Assembly: GCF_963676685.1 (NCBI RefSeq)
Contig: NC_092355.1
Span: forward strand, 1,798,001-1,862,000
Origin: Mytilus edulis
Taxonomy: Eukaryota
Direction of reading: 5' to 3'
DNA: 64,000 nt
The notes under the pieces are model-generated. The model made no database searches. It saw only the letters and a program-made list of their open reading frames with translations, and had not been told where the DNA came from. This document shows positions 15,020 through 27,675 of the stretch, piece by piece. How positions within the stretch are numbered: the stretch's first letter is position 1; each line of letters begins with the position of its first letter. A program made the position numbers and the translations under genes.

Positions 15020-15844
15020 AGATCTTGCAGCAATTCTACTGACCAAGACTGCAAATCATGTCATATATGCCAGGTTGTTGGTAAACCTAACCAGAAAATA
15101 CTACCAGCACCACTTCTGCCTATTCCAGCCTTTGACGAACCTTTCAGCAGAGTTTTAATTGACTGCGTTGGACCTTTACCAAAGACCAAACCTAGAAATG
15201 CGTATATATTGACAATCATGTGTACATCCACTCGCTTTCCTGAGGCTATTCCGCTAAGAAATATCAAGACACCTACCATTGTCAAAGCAATTATCAATTT
15301 TTGCACATTAGTAGGACTTCCTAAGTCTATACAGCTCGACCAGGGATCAAATTTCATGTCAGGTTTATTTCAGCAAGTCGTGTACCAGTTAGGGATTGCT
15401 CAGTATAGATCAAGTGCGTACCATCCAGAATCTCAAGATGCCTTAGAACGTTTTCATCAAACATTGAAGAACATGATTAGAGCTTTTTGTCTTCAATTTG
15501 ACAGAGACTGGGATGATGGAGTTCACTTTCTACTTTTTGCAGTTCGAGAGGCTGTTCAAGAATCCCTTGGATTTAGTCCCTTTGAGTTGGTATTTGGCCA
15601 TACTGAAAAGGGAACATTAAAATTGATTAAGGAAAAGTGGCTTACTGAACATACTGACTTGAATCTTTTAGACTATGTATCTAGATTTAAAGAAAAATTG
15701 TATACTGCTTGTCAAAATGCGCAGAAAAACTTTAAAAATGTACAGAACAAGATAAAAAAAATATGGTATGATAAAGATGCCAGGGATAGAGTTTTTAAAC
15801 CTGGTGATAAGGTACTTGTATTTTACAGAGTAAACCAGATGTAA
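15020..15844 (+). pseudogene. Gypsy integrase (disrupted)
   Basis: IDCVGPLP, TRFPEAIPL, DQGSNF, SAYHPESQDALERFHQTLK, GFSPFELVFG. Confidence 0.85.
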
Positions 15845-15870
15845 TTGAACCACCTTTTAGTTATAAAACT

Positions 15871-17300
15871 ATGGAAGAGACAGATAGATTGAAAGATTCA
15901 GAAATTTTGTCAAATTTAGACTCAAAACTTGCACATCTGTCTCTTGATCGTAGAGAAGAAATAAAAACTTTGGTATTTTCTTTTAAAAATCTTTTTCCAG
16001 ATGTGCCAAACAAAACCACTGCTGTTTGTCATGGTGTTGATGTAGGAGATGCTTCTCCAATTAAGCAAGATGCTTATCGGTTCAATCCACCCAAACTTGA
16101 AGCTATGAGAAAAGAAATTAAATATATGCTTGACAATGATATTATTCAGCCGAGTAACAGTGAATGGAGCTCTCCTTGTCTCCTTGTGCCAAAACCAGAT
16201 AAAACCTTTCGTTTCTTGACTGATTTCAGAAAAGTAAATTCAGTCTCAAAATCTGATTCCTATCCGATTCCAAGGATAGACGATTGTATTGACAACATTG
16301 GTCAAGCAAAATTTGTGAGCAAATTTGATTTGTTGAAAGGTTATTGGCAAGTTCCATTGACACAGAGAGCTCGTGAAATATCAGCTTTTGTTACACCAGA
16401 TGGTTTATTTCAATATACTGTAATGCCGTTTGGCATGAAAAGTGCGCCAGCTACATTTCAAAGAATGATCAATAATGTTATAAAAGATTTAAACTGTTGT
16501 TATGCTTATATTGATGATCTAATTGTATGTATTGATAGCTGGGAACAGCATTTAACACATTTGTATGATACTTTTGATAGATTTTCACAATCAAATTTGA
16601 CTATCAATCTTGATAAAGGTGAATTTTGTCAGGCCACTGTTGATTATTTAGGGCATACAGTTGGCCAAGGTCAAGTGAAACCTATTATGGCTAAAGTGGA
16701 AGCCATTTCCAAATTTCCTCCTTAAAACAACTTATGAGATATTTAGGCATGATTGGATTTTACATAAAATTTTGTTCAAGTTTTGCTACTGTGGTTCAAC
16801 CATTGACTCATCTTTTACGAAAAGATTCTAAATATATCTGGAGTGAAAATTGTCGAAACGCTTTTGAAAATAGCAAATCACTTTTAATTAATAGTCCGGT
16901 TCTGATTACTCCAGACTTTAAAAAACAATTTAAACTTGCTGTTGATGCAAGCGATGTATGAATTGGAGCTGTTTTATATCAAGAGACAGATGATAATGTT
17001 GAGAAACCTATATCATATTTTTCCAAGAAATTAGATAAACATCAGAAAAATTATTCAACTATCGAAAAAGAGTGTTTTGCAATGTTGTCAGCACTTCGAC
17101 ATTTTGATGTATATTTGAATCCCACTGTATATCCTATTCTTGTTTGTACAGATCATAATCCTCTCACCTTCATACATAAAATGAGAAAAAAGAATCAGAG
17201 GTTGAATAGGTGGAGTTTATTGTTACAGGAATAAGATGTAATTGTAAAACATATTAAGGGTAAAGATAATGTAATAGCAGATGCTTTATTTAGATCTTAT
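15871..17300 (+). pseudogene. Gypsy reverse transcriptase / RNase H (disrupted)
   Basis: WSSPCLLVPK, DFRKVN, FDLLKGYWQVP, MPFG, YIDD, YLGH, then an RNase H remnant (VDASD, YSTIEKE, TDHNPL) with stops. Confidence 0.9.
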
Positions 17301-17386
17301 TAAAACACTTTGTATAAACTAGGTATTTTGTTCATATTATTCATGATAAGTTTTTGTTACACTAAAACCTCTTTTAAGGGGAGAGG

Positions 17387-17879
17387 TGTTATGATATTGT
17401 AATTATTGTATTTATTTATGTTGGCCTGATTTGTGTTGAGTGGCCTGATAGTTGTTTACAGAATAATCTTAGAACTGTGCAGTTTAGAAATCACTGGAAC
17501 AATTATAGAATGATTGGAATCTAGAATGATCCTAATACAAAATGCGTTATATAAACTTCTACATTTTACTAGAAACTTCCGTTGTAACTTTCTAGGACGT
17601 TCCATTATAGACTGTTCTAGAATCTTCCATGACAACTATATATATATACAGACACTAACTCACACACTTGGACTTAAACACCGATAGACTTTAGTATTCA
17701 CAGCAATTTGGATTGAAATTTTAATTCTACAAACAACATCATACTGGATTTTGACCTTAGTAGTGAACGTAATATTCAGATTGGATTCCTAGAAGATTGT
17801 ATAATAAATATTGTTAAATTTTACTATTGATTTGTGTCTTTTGTTGGCTACAATTTAAAGTCGATTTCTGGCCGTAACA
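17387..17879 (+). repeat. 3' LTR (493 bp)
   Basis: Polypurine tract AAGGGGAGAGG directly before TGTTA...TAACA inverted ends; internal TATA run and AATAAA. Confidence 0.85.
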
Positions 17880-17920
17880 TATATGAAAGAAGAATAAACG
17901 ATTAAAATAAATTTAATTGC

Positions 17921-19838
17921 TTATTTGCCGATACCACCGATTCCTCCATAACAACGACAAAACTTGTCAACACAGTGCGCAGAACCAATTCTGCATTTGG
18001 TACCAGTGCAATCTGATGCGCCTGTACATGCTGAAAAAATAAACAAAATGTTTCATATTAAAGGTTATATTTAGATAATAGGTATTGACAATACAGGCAA
18101 AAGTAAAAACTAACCAGAGGTGAATTGTAAGCGCAAAAATTTGTCAAAATAATGCGCGTTTCCAATTCTGCATTAAGTACAAGTAATCGGTTGCACCTGT
18201 ACAGGCTAAAAAAGCTTTACTTTGCTAAAACTCTATTAAGCTGGTTCAAAATACATATTTTCTATTTTTCAGAATACAGGAATTGACAATTCAAGCAAAT
18301 AGGATATATGTGGCGCGAGAGGGTAATCACAGTTTAAGTATGCTAAAATCTTAGTGTTTTATATACATCGTGGAATTAAGTGTTTCACATTGACATTTTA
18401 TATGTACTATGTTTATAGGCAATTCATTTAAACCGATACTTTAACATAGCTGAAATCAAAAGAAATAAATACCCTCTCGTTGGTTTACAATGTACTTAAT
18501 CAATACGTAATCATGGAAAAGTTGTCTAATTCATTGTTCACCCTAATCTGAAACCATGTTCAAAATTGAAAATTAAAAATGTGTCAATTAAAAAGCTATT
18601 TGTTTATTCAATGAATGGCTATTATCTATTTTGAATTTATCGAACCATAAAACTAATTTTTCACTCTTCACATTGAATGATCCGCGAAGCGGATTATGTA
18701 AAATGTGAAGAGTCAAAAATTAGTTTTATGGTTCAGTAAAATCAAAATAAATTATTGCCATTCATTATAAATAAATTTCTATCAAAAATAAGGCTCAAAG
18801 AACTTTTTATATTATTTATATTAACAATAACAACGTACACACATGTTGGCGTATGAATACACAACGTCAGAGTGGGCGTGTCGCCATCAAAATTGACAAC
18901 ATTGAAAATGACACTTATAATTTTAACCAATCAGAAGACAGTAAAAACACCAAATTCATTTATTACATGGTATTTAACTATAGATGTAATAGTGAATTTA
19001 GGAGGAAATCAATAGATTAGACAGTTGCACTTTAATCAAAACAATTGCATGGTGAAATGAAACTGGAATTCGAAATTTTGCTAAACAATCAAGTTGATTA
19101 AAAATAACATATTTTAAAATTTTTATTTATTTTAAATTAACGTATTACCTCCTCCTGCCTCGCCATCACTACAGACACACTCGTGCCTACCAAAGACTAA
19201 TTGAAGACATCTTGATGCATGTCCGGATGTGCATTTTGTGTCTGTGCAATCGGAATCATTTGAGCAGGTCTCAGCATAGATAGAGGCTAAAAAAACAAAG
19301 GTATATCAATAAAGGCAACAGTAGTATACCGCTGTTTGACAGTTATAAATCGATTGAGAGAAAACATATATAGGTTACAAACTAAAACTGAAGGAACAAA
19401 TATCAACTATAAGAGAAATAAAACGAAACAACAGAAACACTGAAATGCAACAAAAACTGTTATGGGCTATCAACATAGAATCAGTGAAAGTCTGTAAAGA
19501 AAATGACCAGCTGTTCAGAATATTTTTATAAAGCATCAAACATGTCCAATTAAAAGGATTTTATATAAAAAAAAAAAACAAGTCGTAGCACGACAATATT
19601 TTTCAAAAAGAGTTTTAAATTTTCCGTTCTTAAGTAATTTATCAAGATTAACAGTTAGCTTCGAATAGTACTTCTTCATTAAAGAAGATGGACGAAAGAT
19701 ACCAGAGGGACAGTCAAACTCATAAATCGAAAATAAACTGACAATGCCATGACTAAAAAATAAAAAAAGATAAAATTAACTGTTATCATGGTTATAGTAC
19801 TTACCAACGAGAAAAACTAGTATAATAGCAACCTTCAT
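17921..19838 (-). CDS. Host gene 1: secreted 12-Cys peptide, Cvsi-2-like serine protease inhibitor (93 aa; exons 19838-19805, 19286-19149, 18030-17921)
   Basis: GT-AG introns, both phase 1. Protein MKVAIILVFLVASIYA-ETCSNDSDCTDTKCTSGHASRCLQLVFGRHECVCSDGEAGGACTGASDCTGTKCRIGSAHCVDKFCRCYGGIGGIGK. Family name is from Cys spacing recalled for oyster Cvsi-2. Confidence 0.85.
18125..18205 (-). pseudogene. Degenerate duplicate of exon 3 of gene 1
   Basis: TTTTTTAG acceptor, then CTGATD.., a frameshift, and CRIGNAH..DKF with most cysteines lost. Confidence 0.7.
18628..18749. repeat. Long imperfect palindrome with a CCGC-GAA-GCGG apex
   Basis: Arms ..GAACCATAAAACTAATTTT..CTCTTCACATT / AATGTGAAGAG..AAAATTAGTTTTATGGTTC.. 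Confidence 0.8.
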
Positions 19839-20384
19839 TTTGGTGATTATCCGTTGAAAATAATGAAATCAAATGACTTTCTGCAGTCTTAAGTAGGTTA
19901 AAGATCTAGAGGTTAGGTCGTTCATAGATTGTACATATGTGAATCACGATTTCGTTTTGACTAGACAGGATTTCGTCATGGGAATTATAAATACTTCATT
20001 ATTGTGACTTTTCTTTAGATTTATCAGGAATTTCAATCAACGTTTCACATAATAAAAGTTATGTACTTCGGTACTTGCAGGAAAATACGTGTGTTATTAA
20101 AATTTGCTGTTACAAAATGTTAGAAATTATTATAAATTAAGGAATGTATCTCCCTCATGCAAAGCTTTGATTCCTTTCACGGATTTGGCTATAGTTTTGG
20201 ACCTTCTGGATTATAGCCCTTCACCTTTTATTTAAGCTTTGGATTTCTAAAAATGTGGCCACGAGCAGCACGGAAGAGACATGATGATAGCACCCCCTAT
20301 AAAATTATACAAAATGGAATGAAAGCTACAAAAGTTATGATATTTAAGATCGTTATTACTTATTTTTATTATTATAATTTATTA

Positions 20385-20427
20385 CGCCAGACGCGCGTTT
20401 CGTCTACACAAGACTCATCAGTGACGC
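20385..20427 (-). ncRNA. Type I minimal hammerhead ribozyme with intact core
   Basis: Minus strand reads GCGTCA-CTGATGA-GTCT(TGTGT)AGAC-GAAA-CGCGCG-TC-TGGCG: stem I, core, stem II, palindromic stem III and a GUC cleavage triplet. Confidence 0.85.
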
Positions 20428-23337
20428 TAAGATCAAAATAGTTGTAAAACCAAACAATTACAAAGTTGAAGAGCATTAAGGACCCAAAATTCCAAAAGGT
20501 TGTGCCAAATACGGGTAAGGTAATCTATTCCTGGGATAAGAAAATCCTTAGTTTTTCAAAAAAAAACAGTTTTGTAACAGAAAATTTTTAAATGACACAG
20601 AAACATTCTTATAGTGCCAAAAGAATCTACAATATATATCGGTATTGTTACACAATCTTTCAGACTCATATATATGATATAAGATATATATGATTTCTAT
20701 ACCGCAAAGAAACTATTTTGACCGAAATTTAATGTGATCAGTATTTTCCAACTGCTGTGTATAATTTGTTTTGATGTTGAACTAATAAAAGTACACCAAT
20801 AACACATGTTATAAGAGAATTAAGCACAATGAATATGTTTAAGTCTGTCAACTGAATGAGATTGTTCCAAAGAGGGACGAAAAAGACAAGAGGAACAGTC
20901 AAACTCATTGATCAAAAATAAACTGACAACGTCATGGCTAACAAAGAAAAAGACAAACAGACAATAATACACAAGACACAACATAGAAAATTAAAGACTA
21001 AGTAACACGAACCCTTACTAAAATCTGGGGGTTTCAAGTTTGTTTCTTGCTTTATACTTGTTTTATTTTTTTGTGTTTCTATTTGCATTTCTCACAAGAA
21101 ATATGTAATTATATTTAAACACAAATTACAAAAATTAACACTTGAACAATTATTTAAGTCATACATTCTAATAAGATATATTACAATTTATTTGGTTATT
21201 TTGATGCTGCTTTTAAAAATTTCCAATTGAAAGCTATTTCATTTGTATTTGCAGAATTGTTGCTTTTTGTTGGTTTTAATCCAATATTTCAGTTATTCTA
21301 TCACGTCAATTTTTTACTGTAAGTTCTTACATCTACATTTGTATACATAGTATTTAAATAAGAACAAAATAAAATTTTCCGTAAAACTGTTAACAAAATC
21401 CGCTACTATACTCAAAATTGTATATCATGGATAGCCAGAAATGTCGTACAACATTACATTTTGAAAAATTGGGGAAAAAATGATTTCTTCACAAAGTACA
21501 AAAAGAAGGACGAAAGATACCAAAGGGACAGTCAAACTCATAAATCTAAAACAAACTGACAACGCCATGGCTAAAAATGAAAAAGACAAACAGAAAAAAC
21601 AATAGTACACATGACACAACATAGAAAACTAAAGAATAAACAACACGAACCCCACCAAAAACTAGGGGTGATCTCAGGTGCTCCGGAAGGGTAAGCAGAT
21701 CCTGCTCCACATGTGGCACCCGTCGTGTTGCTTATGTGATTACAAATCCGGTAAATAGTCTAATTCGGTAGGTCACATTCATGAAAGTTCATTGTTTTTT
21801 TTTTTTAATTCAAATTAAAAAAAATTATGGTAGAATCATACTATACATGTACAATCTTAAAATAAAAATGTTGTACAAACACATTTCTAATTAAAATAAC
21901 CGGCATTAATCTGAGCGATCCAAGCACTCACATAAAGAGATAAGGAGATAAGGCATCCCATTGAAAGAACCCCCTTTCTCAGAGAAAACAATTCTGATGA
22001 AACATATTCGTTATTTAACACTTCCCCCAAGTACGTATGTAACAAATACAAACTTTCAATCGTGGTATCTATAATTAAATAATTTATTAGCATCGTTTGA
22101 TCCAACTGATAAATCAATGCCATAAATCTGCAAAACCTGTACTATAAAAGAGCCTGTTTAAACAATTCAATCTCTAACTTTTTGAACAGATCAGAAATAG
22201 CAAGTACATTCGCATATGAACCTATTATAAAGACAACCTTTTGTATTTGAATTGTTTTATCTACCAGCACCTTATTTGCTGTACCTATCTTAAAAGTTCC
22301 ACACATCAATGTGACTGGTTGCCAGTTTCAATTGTAATTGCTCATAATGTTAAGTAATAAAAGGATTTTCCTGTTTAAGTAATGTGAGATTGAAGTTAAA
22401 GTAGATTTAAACAAGTATATATTTGGTTAATTTGGTATAAATTGTTTTTCGTTGGTTCACTATATATTTATACATCTTTTATCAACGACATCCTCAAGAA
22501 GAAGTTTGGAAATTCCTTTTTTTTCTTTTTAATATTCTTTTCCAAAATTGAGAAGAAAATAGTTCCCATTTCACACTCTGCATGCAATCGCTTTTCCGAC
22601 TTCTTGTAATTATCTCGTAGATCTTCATGACCCTTGATATCATTATTTCTAGTTCCATTACTCACATTCTTGGTGAACTTATATTATTATCCAGTAGGTT
22701 TTTTATCCAATAATGACAACTAATATAGGGATTAGTATCATTTATATTTAGATTTATATTTCTATCTTTTTTCTAAATGACAGAAAAGAGATTGCATTTC
22801 CGCGGACTTCTATCTTGATTATATATTATAATAGCTGATAGCTTATACTGAACTGTTTATCCACGGTCTAAACATTCATGGATGGATCTGACTTATATTT
22901 TTTTCTCACAGTTTTGATACTGTTTTTTACTATTCTAAAACATACCGCTTACTAGGTCATTTTTATATGAAATAATTTTGTATTGCACTTTTCTTTACAG
23001 TTGTTGGTCAAGTATTCCTGTGAGTTTTCTAGTCCTATGAGACATCAATATAAAGAAGTAAAATCACAAAAGTACTGAGCTCAGAAGAAAATTCAATACA
23101 GAAAGTCTCTTAGCAATTGGCGAAATCAAAAGCTTAAACACATCAAACAAATGGATAGCAACTGTCATATTGCTGACTTGGTACATGCATTTTCTTTTTG
23201 TAGCAAATGGTGGATCAAACCTGGTTGTATAGCTAGCTTCACCTCTCACTTGAATGACGGTCGCATCAAATATCATTATATTGACAACAATGTGTGAACA
23301 AAGACTACAGAGTTAATTAAAAAGTATATTTTATTGT

Positions 23338-26300
23338 TTATTTGCCAATTCCTCCATAACAACGACAATGAGCGTCAACACAGTGTGCATTTCCAATTCT
23401 GCATTTAGTGCCAGAGCAATCGCTTGCGCCAGTGCATGCTGCAAAAATAAAAGTTATAGTATTAGTTCAGATACCACAAAATAGATACGTATATTCTTGG
23501 TATTTTTTTTAAATTAGTCTACAATAAACAATACAAAAACTATAAACAAAAGCATATTTTTTTTTAAATATAATACAATCAATAATGAATGCTGCTTATG
23601 CTCTAGGTTTTAACTGGTTACATCTAGAAAAATGAAATACTGACTTAGACGTAAATACAATGAAAGCACTTCTTAAATTGTCTGACCAAATGTTTTAAAA
23701 GAAAACACTAAATTACAAGTTGTGCATGCAGTTGATAAAGAATACACTAATTCTCAAAATGTGCATGTGGTTGAGGAAAAATACACTTATTTTCAATATC
23801 TGAATATAGTTGAAAAAGAATACACTTATTTTTTAAAAAAATTATGTGATTGAAGAAAGAACTCAACTGTTGTCAACATGTGCATGTGGTTAATGAAAGA
23901 ATACACTAATTGTCAAAATGTGCATGTGGTTGAGGAGAGAATACACTTGTTGTCAAAATGTACATTGTGTTGAGGGAAAAAAATGTAATGAAACAGCTTG
24001 TCAAATATAATTATAAGTTGAAGAGCACTCAAATACGTTTTAAAAAACTATACATTGCAAGCTATGTATGAAACAAAACATATTTGAAGTGGTACATAAC
24101 ACAACAGAGAGATAACTCTGTAAAATCAACTGAACGTTTTAATCACGTTTTGTTAATAATACATTATAATGCTGGTCAATGATCAAAATCAGTGTTTGTA
24201 AAACTGCATTATTTCCAATGAAATTTTTTGACAAAGTGTGCGGTTCAAGTTTTGGGAAATTTATATATTTTTGTCAAAGAGCCTAAGTATATAATTTGTC
24301 AACATCTTATACAAATTAAAAGAGCCAAATGAATTTTAGTCCAGGTGTTTGGTACCTGTTTAAATTCATTTCTCTTAAATCACTGTCTTACCATTTCCAG
24401 CTTCACCATCACTGCAGACACACTCGTGTCTTCCAAAGACTAACTGAAGACATTTAGATGCATGACCGGATGTACATTTTGTGTCTGTGCAATCGGAATC
24501 ATTTGAGCAAGTCTCAGCAAAGACAGAGGCTGAAAAATTAAAAAAAATATATGAAATGATATTTTCGACCTTAAAAGATGGGAGTATATTTCCTCCAGAA
24601 AACTATCTTTTATATACGCCTGAAAAACTATCCTACTTATTTGTTTTTGTTTTTAAAATTTGTTATGATTGTTATTGTATTTATATATTGTCGAACAGAT
24701 AAAGACGTGTTTTACAAAAGAAGTGCACATGTCAAAATTAATTGCAAGATTAAATATCATTCGCCTACATACTGTTCTTAATGCCGATCATTGCAGTAGT
24801 TTCATTGAAATATCCCTTTTTTCAAATCATAACGTGTTTGTGGTTCAAAGAGTCATAGATGTTTTGACTAGCTCATACCAATCTGAGACTTTTCCTCATC
24901 GGTTAGGGTTAAAACCGATATGCAAATTTTCAAAAGAATTGATAACAAACGTCAGGATTTCAACAAAAACGAGAAATGCGTGTTTTATATGCTAGAAATG
25001 TTGTCTCATTTGTAATTTTGTTGATATTGTCCATTACTTCATTGTGACGATTGACTGTGTATGACTTGATTCTACTTGGTCGATTAAAGCAATTTAAACA
25101 TCGGTACAGTACTGTTGTCTTTATTAATTGCATGCAGTATTTCCATCCACCGGTTAATCTGTAGTTACATCTTATTAAGGAGAGCGTTATTTCATTCTAT
25201 AACTGTGTGGTACAACAAGATTTGCTTTTGCTTTATTTAAGTAAATATACAAATAGTTTTATATTTAGCGGACCTAGTCATGACACAAGTTCCTTCCACC
25301 ACTTCACAAATTATACAGCACATGCAGTTATACAATAGCGCTGGTATGCAGTGCTTTGTCAAATATATTAGACATTAAAAAGACATGTACAGAAGCAGAT
25401 ATTCACATTTGATACAATATAAAATTCCCGTCATGCGTACTCAATATTTTAACTTGTAGATATATGAGAAGATGTGGTATGAGTGCTAATGAGACAAATT
25501 TCCATCGAAATAATAATTTGTAAAAGTAACAATAACTTTAAATCAAAACTGTACATGCTAGAGTTTATACTATTAGACTTTTTTGTCGATAACGTTTTTA
25601 ATCATTGCTTGTTAATTAAGAATTGAATGCTTTTTTTTTGTAACTTCATTGCGGTGTAAAAGCGTTGACCGAAGTACATTTTGTATGAAGCGCGGAAGCG
25701 CTTCATTCTAAAAATGTGCGCACGGTCAACGCTTTTACAACCATATGAAGTTACAAAAAGAAGCATTTTTAAAATACTTAAAAATAACATTTTTTAGCTA
25801 TGACCATGAAAATACAAATTTTGTATATTTTTTTTTATTTATACCCGAGTACTGTGCCTGTGCACTTTATTGTGGGACCACGTGTTATCATGAATGAAAA
25901 GTTATATTGAGTAATGCAATTGCTTAAGGAATAACACGTGAGGTACAGTTGGCCAATCAGAATAAAGTATTATGATGAAACATACATATAATTTAATTAT
26001 TGTAATATATGGTTTTCATGTTAGAGTCAACCTTTAAATCTTACACGGAAAATTTATTTTTTGAACCATTTATTTGAAATTTGTTTTTACAATGGTTTTC
26101 TAGGAAGGAATTCTTACGTTGGAGAAAACCACGAAATTGTTCACACTACGTTAAAAGAAAAACTGGTAAGATGGTTGAAGAAGATCTGTGATTCTTGTTC
26201 TAATCAAATCAGGTGTCAATATAGATAGTTGTGATGTTAACTAGTCTGAATTAAAAAAACGTTGAAACCTACGATTGTTTTGGATAAACACCACAAATTG

Positions 26301-27675
26301 TATACGTGTGCATATAAAACAAATTTCGTTGATTAAGGGTCTAAATACAACACAAACAATATTTTTCAAAAGAACAAAAAAGTTAAAAAAAATATTTTTA
26401 CAAAACGCATTTAACTAGCAGGTCGAACTGATGTTCCTAACCCCTGATGACTGCCATTGACGATTTCCAAATAATTTGATCACAAGATTAAAAAGAGAAC
26501 AAAGCCCTAATAATATGTATCAGAATGGAAAAAAGAAAACAATGTGGTCACCGAACTCGTTTATTTTGCTACATAATAAAATGCATTAATTCATAACACA
26601 TTATAATATTATTCTAAAAATTACTACGCTTATATTTGAATAACCTTTTACTTATGAGACAAAGTCAAACATTGTGAATTCAACATAACATACATATTTT
26701 GGTAAAAACACAGCCGTAGATATGAAAAGCACATAACTTTCTACATTAACACGGTATATTTTACACACTCTCTACATTTGCATATGTCTTTAAACCGATA
26801 GTTATATGGTTTTACAAAATCCAAGTTGGAGGCCTAGAAGACAATCAAACAACCTTAATTTTAAAATTCAGTTAAAACAATCATAAGGAAGTCATTGTGT
26901 ATTAAATGCATAAAAGAAGCTGTATGAATTTAAAAAGGGTTATTTTTAAGCACTTGGCACTGCTACTTTTAGCAAATTGATAGTCCTCGATAACACGATT
27001 AGCTCATACTTTGTGCTAAGGCAGTGACCTTCTTTAAAAATTTCTGTCTAAAGTTATCCGTTGATAATTTAATTTTGGATGTAAAGCGTCTTTTAATTGG
27101 CTGACGTTGTTTTCTTTATCAGCTCACAAAAATGTGTCATATGACCTGACATTATCAATGTTTTTTCATGGTTTTCATCGGTTTGAAATGGAATTTAGTA
27201 TTAAATTATAAGAAATGACTGTAATATATTTACTGTCTGTTTGAAATAACATAACAAAAATGTGGTGCACACTTAAAAATAACCCGCTACGCAGGTTATT
27301 CAGTGTGCACCACATTTTTTATGTTATTTCTTCATAGACAGTAAAACAAATACAGTCATTCCTCACGTAGCATTATAATCATTCAAAATATAAGTTATTT
27401 TCTTGTAGAGTTTTTTTTTCTCACGCGTTCTTCAGTTACTCAATAAATTTTACTTATCTGGCCGTAAGTGATTTTTAAGCATTCTACGTGGATATAAACC
27501 TAGCAAACCACTAAGGCTGCACAAAATCTACAAAGCATTATTTTCATCTTTTATTTTTGATAAAAATAGTTACTAGTATCAAAATTAACCTTCTATTTTG
27601 GTTTGTTCAACTCCAAAACGTATACAAATCCGTAAACTTACCAACAAGACAAGCAAGAATAATGGCAACCTTCAT
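23338..27675 (-). CDS. Host gene 2: Cvsi-2-like secreted 12-Cys peptide (90 aa; exons 27675-27642, 24529-24392, 23438-23338)
   Basis: Paralog of gene 1 with the same exon phases. MKVAIILACLVASVFA-ETCSNDSDCTDTKCTSGHASKCLQLVFGRHECVCSDGEAGNACTGASDCSGTKCRIGNAHCVDAHCRCYGGIGK; AATAAA just after the stop. Confidence 0.85.
23720..23975. repeat. ~40-bp minisatellite, about 6 diverged units
   Basis: Recurrent GAATACACT.ATTGTCAAAATGTGCATGTGGTTGA. Confidence 0.7.
25626..25768. repeat. Long imperfect palindrome with a GAAGCGC-GGAA-GCGCTTC apex
   Basis: Arms TTTTTGTAACTTCAT..TGTAAAAGCGTTGACCG / CGGTCAACGCTTTTACA..ATGAAGTTACAAAAA. Confidence 0.8.
27214..27360. repeat. Long imperfect palindrome
   Basis: Arms AATGACTGTA..GAAATAACATAA..AAATGTGGTGCACACT / AGTGTGCACCACATTT..TTATGTTATTTC..TACAGTCATT. 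Confidence 0.8.

Larger units (their letters stand above)
13095..17879 (+). mobile_element. Decayed Ty3/Gypsy LTR retrotransposon of Gmr1 type (gag-PR-IN-RT-RH); no 5' LTR seen
   Basis: Gag with a degenerate Zn knuckle (CAYCKKNGDLMADC), protease LRDTGAS, integrase core (DQGSNF, YHPES) upstream of RT (YIDD) and RNase H (VDASD). Many stops and frameshifts. Confidence 0.9.
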
